Positions 40,601 through 51,326 are shown, counted from the whole stretch's first letter. The stretch is 63,617 nucleotides of DNA, filler included, from 6 parts of 6 records of this genome joined end to end with filler, not necessarily neighbours in it, one strand, 5' to 3'. The notes: a model not told the origin generated them from the sequence alone. Translations and numbers: made by a program.

Positions 40601-41773
40601 TCAGGACTTTGTTGCCGCCTGCTGCCACTTGTATGCTAAGTACTCTTTGAACTTCGGTTGACGATCTGTGCAGTAGTGGACTTTGATGCCGTTGAAGTTT
40701 TCATACGGTGTCTGAAGTAGCTCGTTCGCAACTTGCACTTGTAGGGTCTCAGGGTGAATTCGCAGGAGATACTTGTCGAACAGAGCATGGAGATCGGCTC
40801 GCAACATTAAACCATTACCATACTTGTTAACTCCACAGCCGGCATGCTCCATGACATGAGCGGCCTGTAGAGCTTCCGGTGGTCCATGTTTACTGATTGC
40901 ACACTTATTGCCATACAAGTTCAGCAGCCCCTTTCTGAATGCTTTTTGCTTTTTTCTCTGCCGGCTTAATGATTGTTTAAGAACAACTTCGTGGTCATCT
41001 TGCAAGTCCTGTTCTGTCCTGTCGGCTAGTGGACTGGCGACATCCGCACGCCGGCTCCAAATCTGATCATAAACCGATTTTAACTCTTTTAGGTTTATCG
41101 TTTCTTTTTTGACATCAAAGAATTCATTCCAGACCTTAAAATCAATTTGTCCAGAATTGCGATACCCCTCACTAGGATCAACTGGGTCGATAGCCCTAAA
41201 ATTCATTACTTTCCGATCCATTGCCTTTACGGCACGTCCGGTCATTAAAGCGTACCTGCGATAAATATTATTCTTGTTGGCAGAGGAACCTGATTTGTAT
41301 GCTTCAAAATAGGCATGTAACCCTGCCACACTTTCGCCATAGGTCCAATCTTTGCCAGTTCGCTGCATCAAGTCAAGCAACCTCTTGGCCTCTGTTGTTT
41401 TTAAGCGGAATTGTCTAGGAACTTCTTTGCTATTAAAAGCGGATGACTTCAACACCGGGTCACCATTTGCTGCTCCTCCGGCAACTTTGACGAACTTCTT
41501 ATTTGATGTCGGCATGTAGTTGACCTGTACAAGAAACTGATTCTTCCGTACTCGTAGTCGTTTTCCCTTCGTTGTGTCTTGAGTAACCTCACCATGAGCA
41601 ACAACAGACCGAATTTGACCTTTCTTTCGCGGAACATGGCATTGAAAAAACACTCTATCTCCCAGAACAGGGGAAGTATTATTGGAGTCTGTAACGATAA
41701 GGTGAAACCGTTCACCGCTTCTTCTTCGCTCGACTAATTCGTCGTAATCATATTCGATTGCAAAATTGTTCAT
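40601..41773 (-). CDS. HNH endonuclease (HNH_2 type), probable type IV restriction/defence protein
   Basis: C-terminal Q..FR..LL..Y..KCAIS...LQAAHV...N...NGLMLRADLHALFD. Confidence 0.85.
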   Translation of the reverse strand: MNNFAIEYDYDELVERRRSGERFHLIVTDSNNTSPVLGDRVFFQCHVPRKKGQIRSVVAHGEVTQDTTKGKRLRVRKNQFLVQVNYMPTSNKKFVKVAGGAANGDPVLKSSAFNSKEVPRQFRLKTTEAKRLLDLMQRTGKDWTYGESVAGLHAYFEAYKSGSSANKNNIYRRYALMTGRAVKAMDRKVMNFRAIDPVDPSEGYRNSGQIDFKVWNEFFDVKKETINLKELKSVYDQIWSRRADVASPLADRTEQDLQDDHEVVLKQSLSRQRKKQKAFRKGLLNLYGNKCAISKHGPPEALQAAHVMEHAGCGVNKYGNGLMLRADLHALFDKYLLRIHPETLQVQVANELLQTPYENFNGIKVHYCTDRQPKFKEYLAYKWQQAATKS

Positions 41774-41868
41774 GGTGCGTCATCCATATAACAATTGGTA
41801 TACTTAGTTTGATATCAGTCAATATACAAAGTTCCCTCACCCTATGCGATTAGGTTCTTCAGCCCCCC

Positions 41869-42306
41869 TCACTCCCCAATATCCTCATTCCACAACTCAG
41901 GACTCCTAGCTATAAACCTGTCCATCATATCCTTACACTCTTGGCTGCTAACTAACTCAATTTCGACGCCGCGACTGCGCAGCAGCATTTCTTCTCCCAT
42001 GAACGTCTGGTTCTCACCTACGACGACTTTGGGGATGCCGTAGAGCAGGATTGTGCCGCTACACATTGGGCAGGGCGAAAGCGTAGTATAAAGCACACAT
42101 TCCTTATATACTTTGGCTGCCTGACGGCCAGCATTTTCGAGTGCATCCATCTCTCCGTGCAAAATTGCGCTGCCTTTTTGAACGCGCTGATTGTGGCCGC
42201 GACCGATGATCTGGCCCTTGTGAACCAGGACCGAACCGATTGGGATGCCGCCTTCGTCAAAACTCTTTTGAGCCTGCGCAATTGCGGCCTGCATAAACTT
42301 GTCCAT
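41869..42306 (-). CDS. Zn-dependent cytosine/nucleoside deaminase (FCY1-like)
   Basis: EGGIPIGSVL, HGE, TTLSPCPMC, WNEDIGE C-terminus. Confidence 0.92.
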   Translation of the reverse strand: MDKFMQAAIAQAQKSFDEGGIPIGSVLVHKGQIIGRGHNQRVQKGSAILHGEMDALENAGRQAAKVYKECVLYTTLSPCPMCSGTILLYGIPKVVVGENQTFMGEEMLLRSRGVEIELVSSQECKDMMDRFIARSPELWNEDIGE

Positions 42307-42735
42307 ATTCTTCCCTGCTGTTCTGTTTGGGGCTTTGCTTGAATTTCAACACAAATTCACAAAGTCGGGCCAAAGGTCCAAAAGCTGCCTGCGCCGAGAC
42401 TGCATCTGTGAGTTGTTTGGCTGAGAGAATTCCGGCAGACTCAAGAGTTTGTGGCTGCCGCAGCAAAAACTAACAAGATGGCCTTTAAGCGACCAGTGCA
42501 GCCCTGAATCTGTGAAGGGCAAGGTGAGGCGCCACGCCAAACACGGAAGAGAACTTGAACGAGGCCCCGGCGAACGGTACCACAAACGCGAATAGTACTT
42601 GTAATTACACCGACATTCCTGTAAATTCATTTCCGCAGCACGGATATCCTCCGGCGGCAGATGGGGAGCGGCACCACCGAAAAACACTAGACCTCCCCTG
42701 GAGACTTTTTGTAAACTTTTTAACAGATACTGACT

Positions 42736-43200
42736 ATGAGTATTACAAAAAACATTGCGAAACACATACGCGACGTACATTTTGGTGGCAACTGGACCGT
42801 AACAAATCTGAAGGACCTGCTGGCCGACGTCTCCTGGCAGCATGCAACTGCCAAGGTTAAAGACTTTAACACAATCGCAACTTTAACATATCACGTCCAC
42901 TATTTTGTGCCCGTCGTCGCAAATGTGCTGCGTGGTGGGCCGCTGGATGGCAACGACAAGTTAAGTTTTGCACATCCGCCGATCAATTCACAGGACGATT
43001 GGGAGAAGTTTCAAACTCAGGTGTGGCAGGCCGCCGAAGAGTGTGCAGCGTTGATTGAAGAAATACCCGACAGCATTCTGCTTGAGGACTTCACCGACGG
43101 CAAATACGGCAACTATTTCCGCAATCTGCACGGCATTATTGAACATACACATTACCATTTGGGGCAGATTGCGCTGTTAAAGAAGCTGGTGCAAAACTAA
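42736..43200 (+). CDS. DinB superfamily protein (DUF1572-like)
   Basis: GGNW N-terminus, TYHVHY and IIEHTHYHLGQI metal-binding His pattern. Confidence 0.8.
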   Translation: MSITKNIAKHIRDVHFGGNWTVTNLKDLLADVSWQHATAKVKDFNTIATLTYHVHYFVPVVANVLRGGPLDGNDKLSFAHPPINSQDDWEKFQTQVWQAAEECAALIEEIPDSILLEDFTDGKYGNYFRNLHGIIEHTHYHLGQIALLKKLVQN

Positions 43201-43212
43201 GCGTGCAACCGA

Positions 43213-44862
43213 CTAGTCCTGCAAGGGTACAAGTCCGCCAAACTCCATCTTCACAATCCGATCAGCCGTGTGGAAGTAGTTGTCGTCGTGGGTGACGGCT
43301 ACAATGGTTTTGCCACGTGCACTTAACAGTGGCAGAAGTTCTTCATAGAAATAACGCTTAAACTGCGGATCCTGATCGGCGGCGGCTTCGTCAAAAATCA
43401 TGACGTCTTTGTCTTCGACGATTGCGGTAATCAGGGCCAGACGCTTACGCTGCCCGGTGGAGAGGTTAATGTTTGCGAACTGGCCATCTGCGAAACTCGT
43501 CTTGGAGTCCATATCCAGCATCTGCAGAAGCTCGCTAAACACCTGTGGGTCTTGCTGCTCAACACCGTACAAAAATTTAAACAAATGGAAGTCGGTGAAG
43601 ACGGCCGAAAACAGTTCACGGTAGGCAGGGTAGTCATCCATCCGGATCAGTTTTTCGTCAACTTCGATGTGGCCAGCCTCGGGTAAATACAGCCCAGCCA
43701 ACAACTTAAGCAGTGTTGACTTACCGCTGCCATTGCCGCCAACAATAAACAGACGTTCACCTTTGTGAATCTGCAAGTCAATCGGTCCAACACTAAATGC
43801 ATTATTTGCATCAGCCTGCGCGTAATCAAACTGGAGCCCACGAATATCGATAAGCGTGTTAAATTCCGGCGGAGTGACAGACAGCGGTTCCTCAGGATAG
43901 GGCACACTTGCGTGTCCGGCCTCGCGCCGCCCCGTCTGCTCCAGGCGATTTTCGAGCTTTTCAATATTCTGCGCAGCCACATTGGCTTTGCTGAAAAGCT
44001 GGACACTGCCGACCAGAGATTCTATGGGCCCAACAATAAACAAGAGCGCGGTGACAAGTTTAGTAGTTGTAGCCATGTCCGCGCCGCTGACTTTGGGCAG
44101 GACAAAAATCATCACACCAATTAGCAGGTAAAAGAACATCTGCGAAAAACTGAAGTTGTGAACGTAGTGGAAGCCGGTGCGAATTTTAACAAGTTCGGTT
44201 TCGCGTGCCAGGCGCACAAAACTTTCGTAGAGGCGCTCGTTCTTGCGGTGGTGCAGTTTAAGTTCTTTGATGCCGGAAAGAATCTCGTTAAGCGACTCAA
44301 AGAATTCGGTTTCTTTGACAAACATCGTACGAATATCTTTGCTGATCAATTTCTGGCGGTTTATGTAAAACACAAATCCACAGCCGACAGCAATAGCGGT
44401 TATGACAAAGGCGATTTTGGAGAGATAAGCCAGATAGAGCACACTGGCGCCTATCATGACTGAATTCTGGCAGGCATTAATTAAATAAGCAGCCGTTTGT
44501 GAAATGTAATTTGCGTCCTGCGTAACACGCGCATAAATGTCCGAACTGCCGATGTTTTCAATTACGGCCAGCTCGGCCTTGCGAATTTTATCGGCAATGC
44601 GCATGCGCAGTTTTGAGACCACCTTTTCAACGATGATCGTCGAGCGATGCAGAATATACTTTTTGCTGAAATAAAAGACGGCAACCGTACCGGCAAACAG
44701 AAGCAGGTTAACAAAACCGGTGGCATCGGCATCTTCGCTGCCGATAATCGAGTTAATCAAGGCGAGCAGTCCGGCATTACTAATCCCGGAGATGGCCGCC
44801 AAAGTCAGCAGTGAGCGAAACGAGAGTTTGGATTCGCGTTTAATTAGACTCAGGATCTGCAT
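43213..44862 (-). CDS. Cyclic peptide export ABC transporter (YojI/SyrD/PvdE family)
   Basis: Six TM helices, GIKELKLH, FSVGPIDL, GGNGSGKSTL, FTDFHLF, LSTGQRKRLAL, DEAAADQDP.F. Confidence 0.92.
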   Translation of the reverse strand: MQILSLIKRESKLSFRSLLTLAAISGISNAGLLALINSIIGSEDADATGFVNLLLFAGTVAVFYFSKKYILHRSTIIVEKVVSKLRMRIADKIRKAELAVIENIGSSDIYARVTQDANYISQTAAYLINACQNSVMIGASVLYLAYLSKIAFVITAIAVGCGFVFYINRQKLISKDIRTMFVKETEFFESLNEILSGIKELKLHHRKNERLYESFVRLARETELVKIRTGFHYVHNFSFSQMFFYLLIGVMIFVLPKVSGADMATTTKLVTALLFIVGPIESLVGSVQLFSKANVAAQNIEKLENRLEQTGRREAGHASVPYPEEPLSVTPPEFNTLIDIRGLQFDYAQADANNAFSVGPIDLQIHKGERLFIVGGNGSGKSTLLKLLAGLYLPEAGHIEVDEKLIRMDDYPAYRELFSAVFTDFHLFKFLYGVEQQDPQVFSELLQMLDMDSKTSFADGQFANINLSTGQRKRLALITAIVEDKDVMIFDEAAADQDPQFKRYFYEELLPLLSARGKTIVAVTHDDNYFHTADRIVKMEFGGLVPLQD

Positions 44863-44880
44863 AAGATACTTCTCCCAAGT

Positions 44881-45837
44881 TTATTTGCCCGCAGCGGGAT
44901 TCTGTGTCTGGTGTTTAAGGTGGATAATTTCCTTCATGCGCGTGCGCGCATCCTGCGCCGGTGTACCGAACACGCGTTTACCGGGCGCTACATCCTGTAA
45001 AACGGCGCTCTGTGCCAAAACTTCGGCACCGGCACCTACAGTGACCAAACAGCTAATTCCTACCTGCCCCCAGAGTGTGACGTCGTCTTCAATGACGGCC
45101 GTGCCTGCAATACCGACACATCCAGCAATTAAACAATTTGCGCCGATTATTGTATCGTGGCCCACGTGCACCTGATTATCAATTTTTGTGCCGCGGCCAA
45201 TTTTGGTTGTGCCCGTAACACCACGGTCGATTGTACAGCTTGCACCAATTTCAACATTGTCTGCAATATGACAGTCACCACCGGACAGCAGTTTAACCAG
45301 TTTGTTTGCGCGCCGTTGATAGTAGAAACCATCACTTCCAATAATACTTCCGGCCTGGATGGTGACGTTGTCTCCAATTGTAGTTCCGGGGTAAATGACC
45401 GCATTTGAGCCGATAAAACAATTGCTGCCGATTATGACATCCTGATTAACAACAGCGCCTTGTTCAATTGTTGTGTTCGCGCCGATACTGGCGTTGCGGC
45501 CTGCATGTTTGCCCAGATGTTGCAGAATCTGACCAAATGCACGGAATGGGTCTTCCACAAACACCAGCAATTTGTCGCTTAACGGCGCCGGTTCACCGTC
45601 GGTCTCGGCACATAGAATGGCTTGCGCTTTTGAATTTAAAGCGAGTGCCAGGTGTTTGGGAGTATCGGAAAATACAAGATCACCGGCCTGCGCCAGTGGT
45701 AGTATATTCAGTCCACGAAGGATTGTGGCTTGAGACTCCAGCAGTGATTTGTGGCTTGGACCCAGCTGAGCATCGATTCCAGCAGTGCGCATGGTGCTCA
45801 GCAGGTCAAGTACGGAGAATTTGTCGCTAAATTTCAT
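44881..45837 (-). CDS. lpxD: UDP-3-O-acyl-glucosamine N-acyltransferase (LpxD family)
   Basis: LpxD N-domain (GDLVF, VEDPFRAF), hexapeptide repeats, IGSDGF, TIDRG, KIDNQVHVGHD. Confidence 0.85.
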   Translation of the reverse strand: MKFSDKFSVLDLLSTMRTAGIDAQLGPSHKSLLESQATILRGLNILPLAQAGDLVFSDTPKHLALALNSKAQAILCAETDGEPAPLSDKLLVFVEDPFRAFGQILQHLGKHAGRNASIGANTTIEQGAVVNQDVIIGSNCFIGSNAVIYPGTTIGDNVTIQAGSIIGSDGFYYQRRANKLVKLLSGGDCHIADNVEIGASCTIDRGVTGTTKIGRGTKIDNQVHVGHDTIIGANCLIAGCVGIAGTAVIEDDVTLWGQVGISCLVTVGAGAEVLAQSAVLQDVAPGKRVFGTPAQDARTRMKEIIHLKHQTQNPAAGK

Positions 45838-46181
45838 CTATGGATTCCGGCATCTGATTGATACATAATCAGTTACAACAATCCCCTTGCCGGCACTGTT
45901 CGGGAATGATTGAGGCAAAGATACAAACAACGCCCGAAAATGTGCAGACCAGTACAGTAAAGAGCGAATTAATTTCTGCGAATGTAAACTTTGGCATGTC
46001 CACAACGGGAACTGTTTCGCGAACGGCAGGCAGCCGGCATTGAACTTGTAGCTATCACAATTTCTGAAACAGTTTGAGCACTGCTGGCTATCTTACGGCC
46101 TGCTTATCTGCTAAACTCCGTCGATCATTCAAGTCGTTCAGTTGATCAAAACCGAATAGCCAAACTAATACGAAGCTCCCA

Positions 46182-47834
46182 ATGCAATCCCCCCAGCCAG
46201 AGGCACCTACGCAGACTGTACAACCGGACAGAGCCCGCCTGCAGGCTTTACTTCAGGAAGCCGGACATATACATCGCAACGCGCCGGAACGCGCCAGTGA
46301 ACTGATTGAACAAATTCTGCAGTCCGACGCAGCCAGTAATCCCGATATTTACTGCAATGCACTCGTCGCCCAGGCAGAACTGGCCCGCATTGCTAATCCC
46401 GGCTGCAACAATAGTGTCAAACTACTGGCGGCACTGCGCCTGGCAGAAACACACTCGCTGCCGCGCGAGCGGATTGCAATCTTGAATGCTCTTGGCATTT
46501 CGAGTTATGAGCGCAATCAGCCGCAGCTGGCCTACACACATCTGTCAAACGCGCTACATTTGGCTCAGGCACAAGACTTACAGATGGACATCGGCATCGT
46601 GCAGAACAGCCTTGGCGTTCTGTATGCACGCGTAGGTGAGTCGGAGCAGGCTGTTCAGCATTTCCTGGGATCACTGGAAGCATACAAAGCCCTGGATGAC
46701 AGCCGAGGGCAGGGCAACGCGTATTCCAATATCGGTGCATTGTACCTTCAGGTGGGTGAATACGAACTGGCGGTTGATTATCTGAAGCGCAGTCTGCCTT
46801 TGCGGCTGACGGCCAACGATAAAATCGGCGCTTGCTCAACCCTGATCAATCTGGCTGAGTGTGCGGTACGCCGCCACGACCTGCCGGCAGCCATAGAGCA
46901 CCTGCAACAGGCTGAATTCTTTGCTGAACAGGTCGGTGATTTTTCAGTCTACCCGGTTGCAGCCAGACTAGCCTATTACTTTGCACAAAGCGGTGAGACT
47001 CAGGAGTCGCGGCGGCGGCTGGCATTTCTGGACAAGATGGAGTTCAAGCACTCTCAGTCCCAAGTTTCGAATTCTATGGAAGGTGTATTCCATCGGGCCG
47101 CAGCCCTGACGGAGTTGGGTGAATACACGCAGGCTCTGCAAATAATCCAACAGACTTTGATGCCGGAAAGCGGTGACGTTGCACCGTACTCAATGGAGAA
47201 TATCCACCTGCTGCTCGCCCGCCTGCACCGGCGCGAAGGCGCAGAACATCAGGCTCTGATTCACGAACAGATGGCAGATGTGCAACGCGCACGCTACCGC
47301 AGCCTTAAAATTGCACGTGAAGTGCACAACATGGTCGTGCGGACCGGCCTCCTGCGTGGTGAGAGCGACGTCAAGACACAGAATGTGCAGATGCCACCAC
47401 CCTTGCTGCGCAACCGCATCCGCAATGCCCTGGCCACGCACACACGCGTGCACAACACACTGCACTCATTGCGCCAGAAGATACAGTCGGACGTAGCCAA
47501 TCTGGCCGAGCTTCCGAAGGCAATCGCAACTGAGACACTCACGGAAATCCGCAAAGCCATCAACAGTCAGGACTGTCGCCCGCTGCCGCCGAACTACCTG
47601 GAACGGGCGCAGCCCGCGATGATACAGGACCTGAAACGACGTTGTGCGGCACTGACGCCGGCAGAGCTGCGCGTCTGCATTTTAATCGTCATGGACTTTC
47701 ACTCAAAAGAAATTGCACGCGTTCTGGCATGTGCCACCAGCACGATATCATCCCACCGCAGAAACATACGCCGCAAGCTGGAACTTCCTATCGGCAGCAA
47801 TCTGACAGACTACCTCACCGCACTGTTTTCTTGA
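46182..47834 (+). CDS. TPR-repeat protein with C-terminal LuxR-type HTH
   Basis: NALG/NSLG/SNIG TPR repeats; LTPAELRVC.LI...SKEIA..L....TI..HRRNIRRKL. Confidence 0.9.
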   Translation: MQSPQPEAPTQTVQPDRARLQALLQEAGHIHRNAPERASELIEQILQSDAASNPDIYCNALVAQAELARIANPGCNNSVKLLAALRLAETHSLPRERIAILNALGISSYERNQPQLAYTHLSNALHLAQAQDLQMDIGIVQNSLGVLYARVGESEQAVQHFLGSLEAYKALDDSRGQGNAYSNIGALYLQVGEYELAVDYLKRSLPLRLTANDKIGACSTLINLAECAVRRHDLPAAIEHLQQAEFFAEQVGDFSVYPVAARLAYYFAQSGETQESRRRLAFLDKMEFKHSQSQVSNSMEGVFHRAAALTELGEYTQALQIIQQTLMPESGDVAPYSMENIHLLLARLHRREGAEHQALIHEQMADVQRARYRSLKIAREVHNMVVRTGLLRGESDVKTQNVQMPPPLLRNRIRNALATHTRVHNTLHSLRQKIQSDVANLAELPKAIATETLTEIRKAINSQDCRPLPPNYLERAQPAMIQDLKRRCAALTPAELRVCILIVMDFHSKEIARVLACATSTISSHRRNIRRKLELPIGSNLTDYLTALFS

Positions 47835-48036
47835 TCGATCTACGCATTCCATCCTCATTATTGCATTTGAGCAGCGCCACACATTAGGCGAACTTATCTG
47901 CCATTCGCAATTGCTTTTCGAGACCTTCCGTCGCCCCCGGTACTGATGACTGCTACAAAACTGTGGCATACGACCCATGTGGTAAGGCCCGGTGGTGGAA
48001 GCCTCACTAACGCTATGTTTACTGCAAGGATATCAC

Positions 48037-51000
48037 ATGCTACAGCTTCACCCTTTGCGCGCCGCTCGGCACATTAAAGTGCCTTTGCTGCCTGGACTTT
48101 TAGCCCTGTTTTTTTTGGCCGCACTATCTACCGGCCAGGCGCAGTTACCCATTTTTGATGTAGCGGTCGGCCCCATGCCGGGCGCGGTATACAACGAAGA
48201 GGAGGGCCGTGGCATCCAGCAACTCCGCGACGGCGGCCTGATTTGCGTTTCCGATAGCTGGGGTGACATTGGCGCTCAGATCACCCGATTCGATGCCAAC
48301 GGAGCTCCTCTCTGGCAACGCTACTACTGGGAAGATCAAGGTCTTGAGCCATTTGACATTCACCAAACCGGTCCCGCCGACGAGGGTTTTGTCTTCGTCG
48401 GTGCAAACGCTTTTGGAGATCGCCGTGCCGTTATGTTAAAGATCGACGATCTGGGCAACCTGCTCTGGTACAAACGTATCGGTACGCCCGGTATGAGTGA
48501 GGCGCGTAGCGTCGAGGTACTTGCCAATGGAAATTACGTTATGTGCGGCTTTGAGCAGGACCCAACCGATGCTGCACAGCACAGCATTTTACTCGTTTGT
48601 TACGATCCTCTCGGGGTGCAGCAATGGTCGAAAAGTATTGACCTTCCAAGCTGGATCAACTGCCCCAAAAGTGATGTCCGCGCCTATTCACTGCGCCAAA
48701 TCGCCACAGGCAATCTGATAATCACCGGAAGTTACCGACCTGTGTGCACACTTGGGGCGGACCAGGAAGTTTTCCTGATGAACTTCAACACTTCCAGTTT
48801 AAATGTAAACTGGACAAACAAATATGCGACTGTCGGTTATGATGCTGCGGGGATGGACGTCCGCGAAACCTGCGAAGGTGACTTCCTGGTTGCAGGTACT
48901 GCAAAGTCAGGTTACGAGCGTGCTATGGCTCTACGCACAAGCCAAAGCGGCACAATTCTCTGGTCCAACATTTTTGGTGTGGGCCTCGAAAACACCTCAC
49001 TGGTAGCCATAGAAGAAACTTCAGCTGGCGGTGCCATGCTCGTTGGTAACATTAACACCGGTGCAATAGGTAACCAACGCATTCTAAGTGCTCAATTGGA
49101 TAGCGATGGTGCACTGGAATGGTCCGGCGAATTTCACGTGCCAGCCGCGGCACCAGGAAACATGCAAATAGCGGGTGACATGGAGATAAACTCAAACGGC
49201 ACCTATGCAATTGCCGCATCCACGACGGGAATTGGAACACATCCCGCAGAGCCCGAAACCTATGTCATTAACATGCTCTGCAAAAATACCTCACCCTGCA
49301 ACTTCACAGCACATCTGAATAATTCGGAGATAGAAGAGCTCTCTCCCAGGCAAGCCCTGGGCTTCGTCACTGAAGACCGTCTTGAAACTCTGATACTCTA
49401 CTACAATGTCGCCGATTATCCGCATACACTCATTAATGGATGTACCCCCCTGCATCTTGACAATCTTGACTTCATGTATCATTTTAACACTTTCTTCGAC
49501 CGCGGTTATGCAGGTGTTTCACATGTGGCAGATTACGGCACAGGTGCAGAGCCAGCTTATACAACAACTGGCTGGACTTCCAATTGGGTCTCCAGCGGCA
49601 ACTCTGTCGACCACGAACGGCAGATTCCAATTATAACACATGATGTTAACGGAAATATCCTCAGCGACAGCAAGTTATACTTTGACTATCCGCCCGGAGA
49701 ACAAGGTTCTGAAGCCAATGACATCAAACTCACAAGCAGCGGTGGCTTCATTATTGGCGGCAGGCTAAACCAGATTAGCGGTATCATCCCCGTAATATAT
49801 AATGCTGTCATGGTTAAAACAGATAAGTTCGGAGTTCCATCCTTCACGGTGTCGATTGGTAAACATCTGCCAGGTCACGATGAGTCGTTCCACGAAGTTA
49901 CTCCCGTCCCTACTGCGGTTTCAACTGACGCAGGCGGCTACCTTGCTGTAGGCTACGCCAGCCGCAATGCAAACATTGAAGAGGGGCTGGCTACGCTCGT
50001 CGATCAAAGTGGAGTAGTTCAATGGATTAAGTCCTATCAAATCGAAGGCCGCGACGAGCTTTACTTAAACAGCATTTGCCCAATTGATAAGGACAGTGAT
50101 GGAATTGCCGATGACGGCTTCATTATTGCCGGCTACACATTTGACGACTACGGTCAGTTCAACGGCATCACCAAAGAAGATATCTTCGTGATGGAAATCG
50201 ATATCAACGGTACAATTATCTGGGCAAAGTCATATGCGGCCGAACATTGCAAAGCCATGTCTATAATCCAAACCGACGATGATGGAGATGGATTGGCCGA
50301 CGATGGTTACGTGCTCTGCGGAGTCCAAAATCACTCAAATAGAAATAATGCTCTGGTCATGAAGCTTAACAGTTCTGGCGTTGTCAGTTGGTCTGAAATA
50401 TTTGACCGTAGCGTTAACGATCAGGCCATGTCTATCATTCAGGGAAAGGATGGCAACTTTGTATTCACCGGCGTTACCGGATACGTCGAACCCGTCACAA
50501 ACAACAACTTCTCGGATCAGGTTTACATCGTCCGCATTACTTCGAATGGTGAAATAGAGTCATCCTATGCCGCACCTGATGCTCAACTCGATATCGGCCA
50601 GGAAGACTGTGGCATGGATATTGAGTTGCTCGACGACGGCACGCAGCGGGTTGTCGGTAGCTCATGCACGTACGGCACTTATAAAGGTGACTTTCTTTCG
50701 ATTAAACTCGGCTGTGGCGACATGTGTGGTTTGCAGCATCTTAACGACGAAAGCGAGGTTACACATACCATGCAGACATTTACTCACGTGCATGACAACT
50801 GCGGAGTAGCTGGAAATACTTTGTGTAGCCATGTGTTACCGATTTTGGATTGGCAGCAGGACGACGAAGCGACTTTAGAGGCGATATCTGTAACACCTCA
50901 CGTATTGTGTGAGAACACAGAGCCCTGCATACCCAGTAGTGTTGTCAGTCACGTCAGCGAAGAACAGTTGACAAAACTTCCAATTCTCGACGTACATCCC

Positions 51001-51237
51001 AATCCCATTGCTGATGGACAATCCGTCACAGTTAACCTGCCCAATTCCGATGACAAAACAACTACTTCAGAACTGCAGCTTGTTAACACTTTGGGCCACA
51101 CAGTCCTCAAGCTCCCGATCGCCAATAGTCAGGCTCAGCTTAACATCAGTCTTAGCGATCTTGCTCCCGGGGCTTACATGTTAATTCTTTCGGAGGGTGG
51201 CGTACAAACTGCCGTCAGCAAGCTAATTAAACAATAA
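48037..51237 (+). CDS. T9SS type-A C-terminal domain protein with beta-propeller-like repeats
   Basis: Signal peptide (TGQA-Q), repeated K.D..G...W...(Y/F) blades, C-terminal VHPNP...NTLG...LAPGAYML...KLIKQ; AAGGA RBS before ATG 48037. Confidence 0.9.
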   Translation: MLQLHPLRAARHIKVPLLPGLLALFFLAALSTGQAQLPIFDVAVGPMPGAVYNEEEGRGIQQLRDGGLICVSDSWGDIGAQITRFDANGAPLWQRYYWEDQGLEPFDIHQTGPADEGFVFVGANAFGDRRAVMLKIDDLGNLLWYKRIGTPGMSEARSVEVLANGNYVMCGFEQDPTDAAQHSILLVCYDPLGVQQWSKSIDLPSWINCPKSDVRAYSLRQIATGNLIITGSYRPVCTLGADQEVFLMNFNTSSLNVNWTNKYATVGYDAAGMDVRETCEGDFLVAGTAKSGYERAMALRTSQSGTILWSNIFGVGLENTSLVAIEETSAGGAMLVGNINTGAIGNQRILSAQLDSDGALEWSGEFHVPAAAPGNMQIAGDMEINSNGTYAIAASTTGIGTHPAEPETYVINMLCKNTSPCNFTAHLNNSEIEELSPRQALGFVTEDRLETLILYYNVADYPHTLINGCTPLHLDNLDFMYHFNTFFDRGYAGVSHVADYGTGAEPAYTTTGWTSNWVSSGNSVDHERQIPIITHDVNGNILSDSKLYFDYPPGEQGSEANDIKLTSSGGFIIGGRLNQISGIIPVIYNAVMVKTDKFGVPSFTVSIGKHLPGHDESFHEVTPVPTAVSTDAGGYLAVGYASRNANIEEGLATLVDQSGVVQWIKSYQIEGRDELYLNSICPIDKDSDGIADDGFIIAGYTFDDYGQFNGITKEDIFVMEIDINGTIIWAKSYAAEHCKAMSIIQTDDDGDGLADDGYVLCGVQNHSNRNNALVMKLNSSGVVSWSEIFDRSVNDQAMSIIQGKDGNFVFTGVTGYVEPVTNNNFSDQVYIVRITSNGEIESSYAAPDAQLDIGQEDCGMDIELLDDGTQRVVGSSCTYGTYKGDFLSIKLGCGDMCGLQHLNDESEVTHTMQTFTHVHDNCGVAGNTLCSHVLPILDWQQDDEATLEAISVTPHVLCENTEPCIPSSVVSHVSEEQLTKLPILDVHPNPIADGQSVTVNLPNSDDKTTTSELQLVNTLGHTVLKLPIANSQAQLNISLSDLAPGAYMLILSEGGVQTAVSKLIKQ

Positions 51238-51282
51238 CACTTTCTATACAAGCTATTCTGTATAACGCAGAATCCCGTTCCC

Positions 51283-51326
51283 CAGCCGCCACTTCGATTA
51301 ATTTCGGGGTGGCGGTTGTTTTTTTT
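51283..51326 (+). terminator. Intrinsic terminator
   Basis: CAGCCGCCACTTCGA...TCGGGGTGGCGGTTG followed by T8. Confidence 0.85.

Noticed and set aside
40601..43200. HNH plus cytosine deaminase plus DinB as a multi-gene defence system
   Set aside because: The deaminase looks like an ordinary FCY1-type salvage enzyme rather than a dCTP-deaminase defence protein, and the DinB gene is divergent. Only the HNH is retained as a finding.
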